From Octopus bimaculoides (Eukaryota): a stretch of 36,573 nt of DNA. The stretch covers positions 28,726,013-28,762,585 of the forward strand of contig NC_068991.1 in the NCBI RefSeq assembly GCF_001194135.2, given 5' to 3'. The translations under genes were made by a program, and so were the position numbers. Positions within the stretch are counted from its first letter, which is position 1, and each line of letters opens with the position of its first letter. A model generated the notes under the pieces. It was not told where the DNA came from and did no database searches. It saw only the letters and a program-made list of their open reading frames with translations. This document shows, piece after piece, positions 33,525 to 36,573 of this stretch.

Positions 33525-36226
33525 GAAATGTTAAATGTGGCGCAGTTGAGAATCTGTAAACTTGAGTTTTCCCAGAAGTTTGTTAACTTGAATTAAAATT
33601 GGAGAACTGAAGTCAGTTCAGCCTTGATGACATATGAAAGTGCACAGAAAATACTCTTACAAAAAATGGCTTCATTGATGATTTCCCCCTTCATCATCAT
33701 CATATTTGTCATCTCTTTGAAATGATGTCTGATATTTGTGGATAAAATTACAAAAAACTGTTCTTGTTTCTCCCTTTTCTGTTTTATTGCAAATATACAA
33801 GAAACATTTTTATATTCACTTCAACAACAACAACAACACAGTCAAATTTGGTTCAAAGGTCACATCTATAATTTGATCTGTTTTTTGTTTGTTTTTGTTT
33901 TCTCTTTAAAAAGGGGTTCATTTTCATTAATTTTTTTTTAATAATTAATCCACAAGAAAACAATTGATTAAATGACTTCACTGAAACCTCATAACAGGCT
34001 CAGTTTTACTTAATCTCTGTATTGGAAATACCATTGTATAAAAAATAGAACAACATCTGTGGGGTTGTTTCTTTTGATTATCAATTAAAAATCAACTATT
34101 TACTTTTAGAATAATATAATCTCAATAACTGTTGTTATCTGTATATAAGTGAAATACGGAAATAATATTTTAAAGTAGAGATAATAGCACTTAAAGCATA
34201 CCAAATGTTTACGTTAATGTGCAAATACACACATGTACATATGTCTTTCTGCTTTAAGCTTTTGATGCCAAACAGCCTGAAACTGCCCTTGGTTTTATGG
34301 ATCGAACTTCCTGTTTGAAAATGATCTGCTACTTTCTATTAAAATGTCATGTTAATTTATATTCCTAACATCAGCTTGATAATGAAGTTTTATTATATTC
34401 TTCATAATCTTAAAATTAATTTCAAGAAAAGCACCGAACAACTGTACAGAGTTACATCTCTGTTAGACTGCCATGTGTATATTTATAATTTTTAACAGAA
34501 TTTAACAGAAATATGGTAATAGAAGGAGCAAACAAAGTCAATAGTCTTGATTAGGTCAAATAAATTCACAATTATTGGGATTGTTTTTGTTTTTTTTTTT
34601 AGTTTAACATCCTTAACTTAAATATACAGAATTTATGGTAGTAGTGACTAGAATCTCAATGGCATGAACCTAGAAAGATTTCTGCAAATTAATCAGCACT
34701 TCTTTCTGCAAATATTATTTTGGTTTTATAAAACACATCTTGCTATAATTACTCATTTAATATTATATATTTGGAGTAAAATAATGTTTGTAGCTTTACC
34801 TTTTATTATGAATGCTATATCCTCAAATAAAGTAAGAAAAGTACTGAAATGTTTTATTTAGCTCCCTCTGAGTCTATTTATTAAATTTTCAGTCTAACTC
34901 AATAAGAACTGACAGTACTTGCTTCACACATAGCACACTTTTCATTGGTTTACATTTTTTTGTCTCTCTCATGTCTTCTTATTTAATCTATACACACATA
35001 CATATAAAAACATTCACTGATGCATGTATGCACACATACACAGCCTGTTACAGTGTTTTGTTATTGAGCACTAAAACATGTAACCTATCTCTGGTTACCT
35101 TAGATTGAAAATTGAAATAAACAATTCCACATGATATACCTGTGTTTTGTTGCCTTGTCATTATTTACCTTTATGAATACATACATGAGTCACAGACATG
35201 CTGAGGCCACAGTTGTGCAGGGGCCACTGAGGTCATACATATGCAGAGTCATTGCAGTGCAGGAGCCACAATCATAGAGAAATCATAGATATACAGGGCT
35301 TACAAATATTTTTAAACATTTATGTCAAAGATGAAGAGAGGGAGAGTGTTCATAGCCTTTGCAAACCATCCGAGACTGGTGAAATTAGTCTGTAATGAAA
35401 CCAGTGTGAGTTGCAGAACATTACTTTAGGGAAGGAAGGAGTTTTTTAGAGGATCTTATGCTGAAAAAATGTTTTATAAAATCTTTTGTCAGGATTTCCT
35501 CTGATATGTAATCAAGCAAACGTTCCGGTTGTGACCATCCTATTTTTATTGAGAAAGTATCAAATACTTCATTTTATAATATGTCTGTCCTTTATTTAAA
35601 ACAAGTAACCACAGATGGGTCTCCTTATTGGCTCAAACTATATGCTTTTTATGCATATAATTAAATATTCTAATTTGGTGACATGGAAGAAGAAGAGTAC
35701 TAAAACCATCAGTGGGTTAATTATTTAAACTGCTTTTGATAGTCTCCTTCCATTGTGATTTTCAGACAAGAACTGTTTCATTTTTTTTTTCTGCTCATTT
35801 TATATACTTAGATATACCAGTAGTTATCATTCTCTGTATTTTCTAATATTTTTGGTTGTTTCCTTTTTACTTTTTGTGCTTTGTTGACAGGAATATAGTT
35901 TGTTCTTGTTTTTGCTAGTTTGTTTCTGATTTATTGTTTCTATTCCGTTTTGCCTGCATGTATTTGTATATGTATGCATATATACCCGCACACATGTGTG
36001 TGTATATATTAAATTTAATTACACACATACACAATAACATTTCATTAATGATCTGATATGATACCTTCAAACCAGGACTTGTAACTACTAAACTATTATA
36101 AAACAGGAAACGGCTTTAGAAAAACTTCTTAGCCACACAATCATATCTTTGCTCTTCAAAATGTGGAATGCTTCATAAATTTGTGCAATTATTGTACAGA
36201 AGCTATGTTAATAATTTCTGTATACA

Positions 36227-36573
36227 AATAATTACAGAGGCATCAAGCTGTTAGATCAGGTTATGAAAGTTACAGAGAGGGTCATAGCCCAACTAATTAG
36301 GGAGCGAATCAATTTAGATGAGATGCAGTTTGAGTTCGTGCCAGGTAAAAGCACTACTGATGCCTTATTTCTAGTGAGACAGTTGCAGGAGAAATACCTA
36401 GCTAAGGATAAACCTCTGTACCTGGCTTTCGTTGACATGGAGAAAGCCTTTGACAGGGTCCCCTGATCCCTTATCTGGTGGTCAATGAGGAAACTTGGGA
36501 TAGAAGAATGGTTAGTGAGAGCTGTGCGAGCCATGTACAGAGATGCTGCCAGTAAGGTGAGGGTTGGAAATGA
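36227..36573 (+). pseudogene. 5'-truncated RTE LINE, RT domain, running off the window
   Basis: NNYRGIKLLDQVMKVTER...QFEFVPGKSTTDALFLVRQLQEKY...FVDMEKAFDRVP*SLIWWSMRKLGIEEWLV; the in-frame TGA probably derives from CGA. Confidence 0.92.

Noticed and set aside
6032-35000. Remaining 60-100 aa ORFs in the track
   Set aside because: Intronic or repeat-derived, many with alternative starts and microsatellite-type composition; no motifs or splice support.

Overview
Eukaryotic, AT-rich, microsatellite-dense genomic DNA. The SINE, RTE and MITE repertoire looks cephalopod (Octopus-like); this is inferred from pattern recall, not from a search. The first ~3.2 kb are the 3' half of a Ty3/Gypsy LTR retrotransposon: pol (RT, gap, integrase), a polypurine tract and a 3' LTR, with two assembly gaps. 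It is followed by an inverted-repeat element carrying head-to-head TTAGGG-like tracts and by a miniature Penelope-like remnant bounded by inverted repeats. From 5840 to at least 29571 on the + strand lies a multi-exon KLHDC2 (KLHDC1/2)-like gene, a CRL2 C-degron receptor. I traced 10 coding exons (392 codons) with GT-AG boundaries and consistent phases; the last exon is unresolved. The introns hold tRNA-derived SINEs (one nested with an 11-bp TSD), RTE LINE fragments, a full-length dead mariner, piggyBac-like MITEs, an internally deleted R4/Dong-type element in TAA repeats, a rearranged mariner, and degenerate hammerhead-ribozyme-like motifs. No prokaryotic features (CRISPR, operons) are present. 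All alignments were done by eye.
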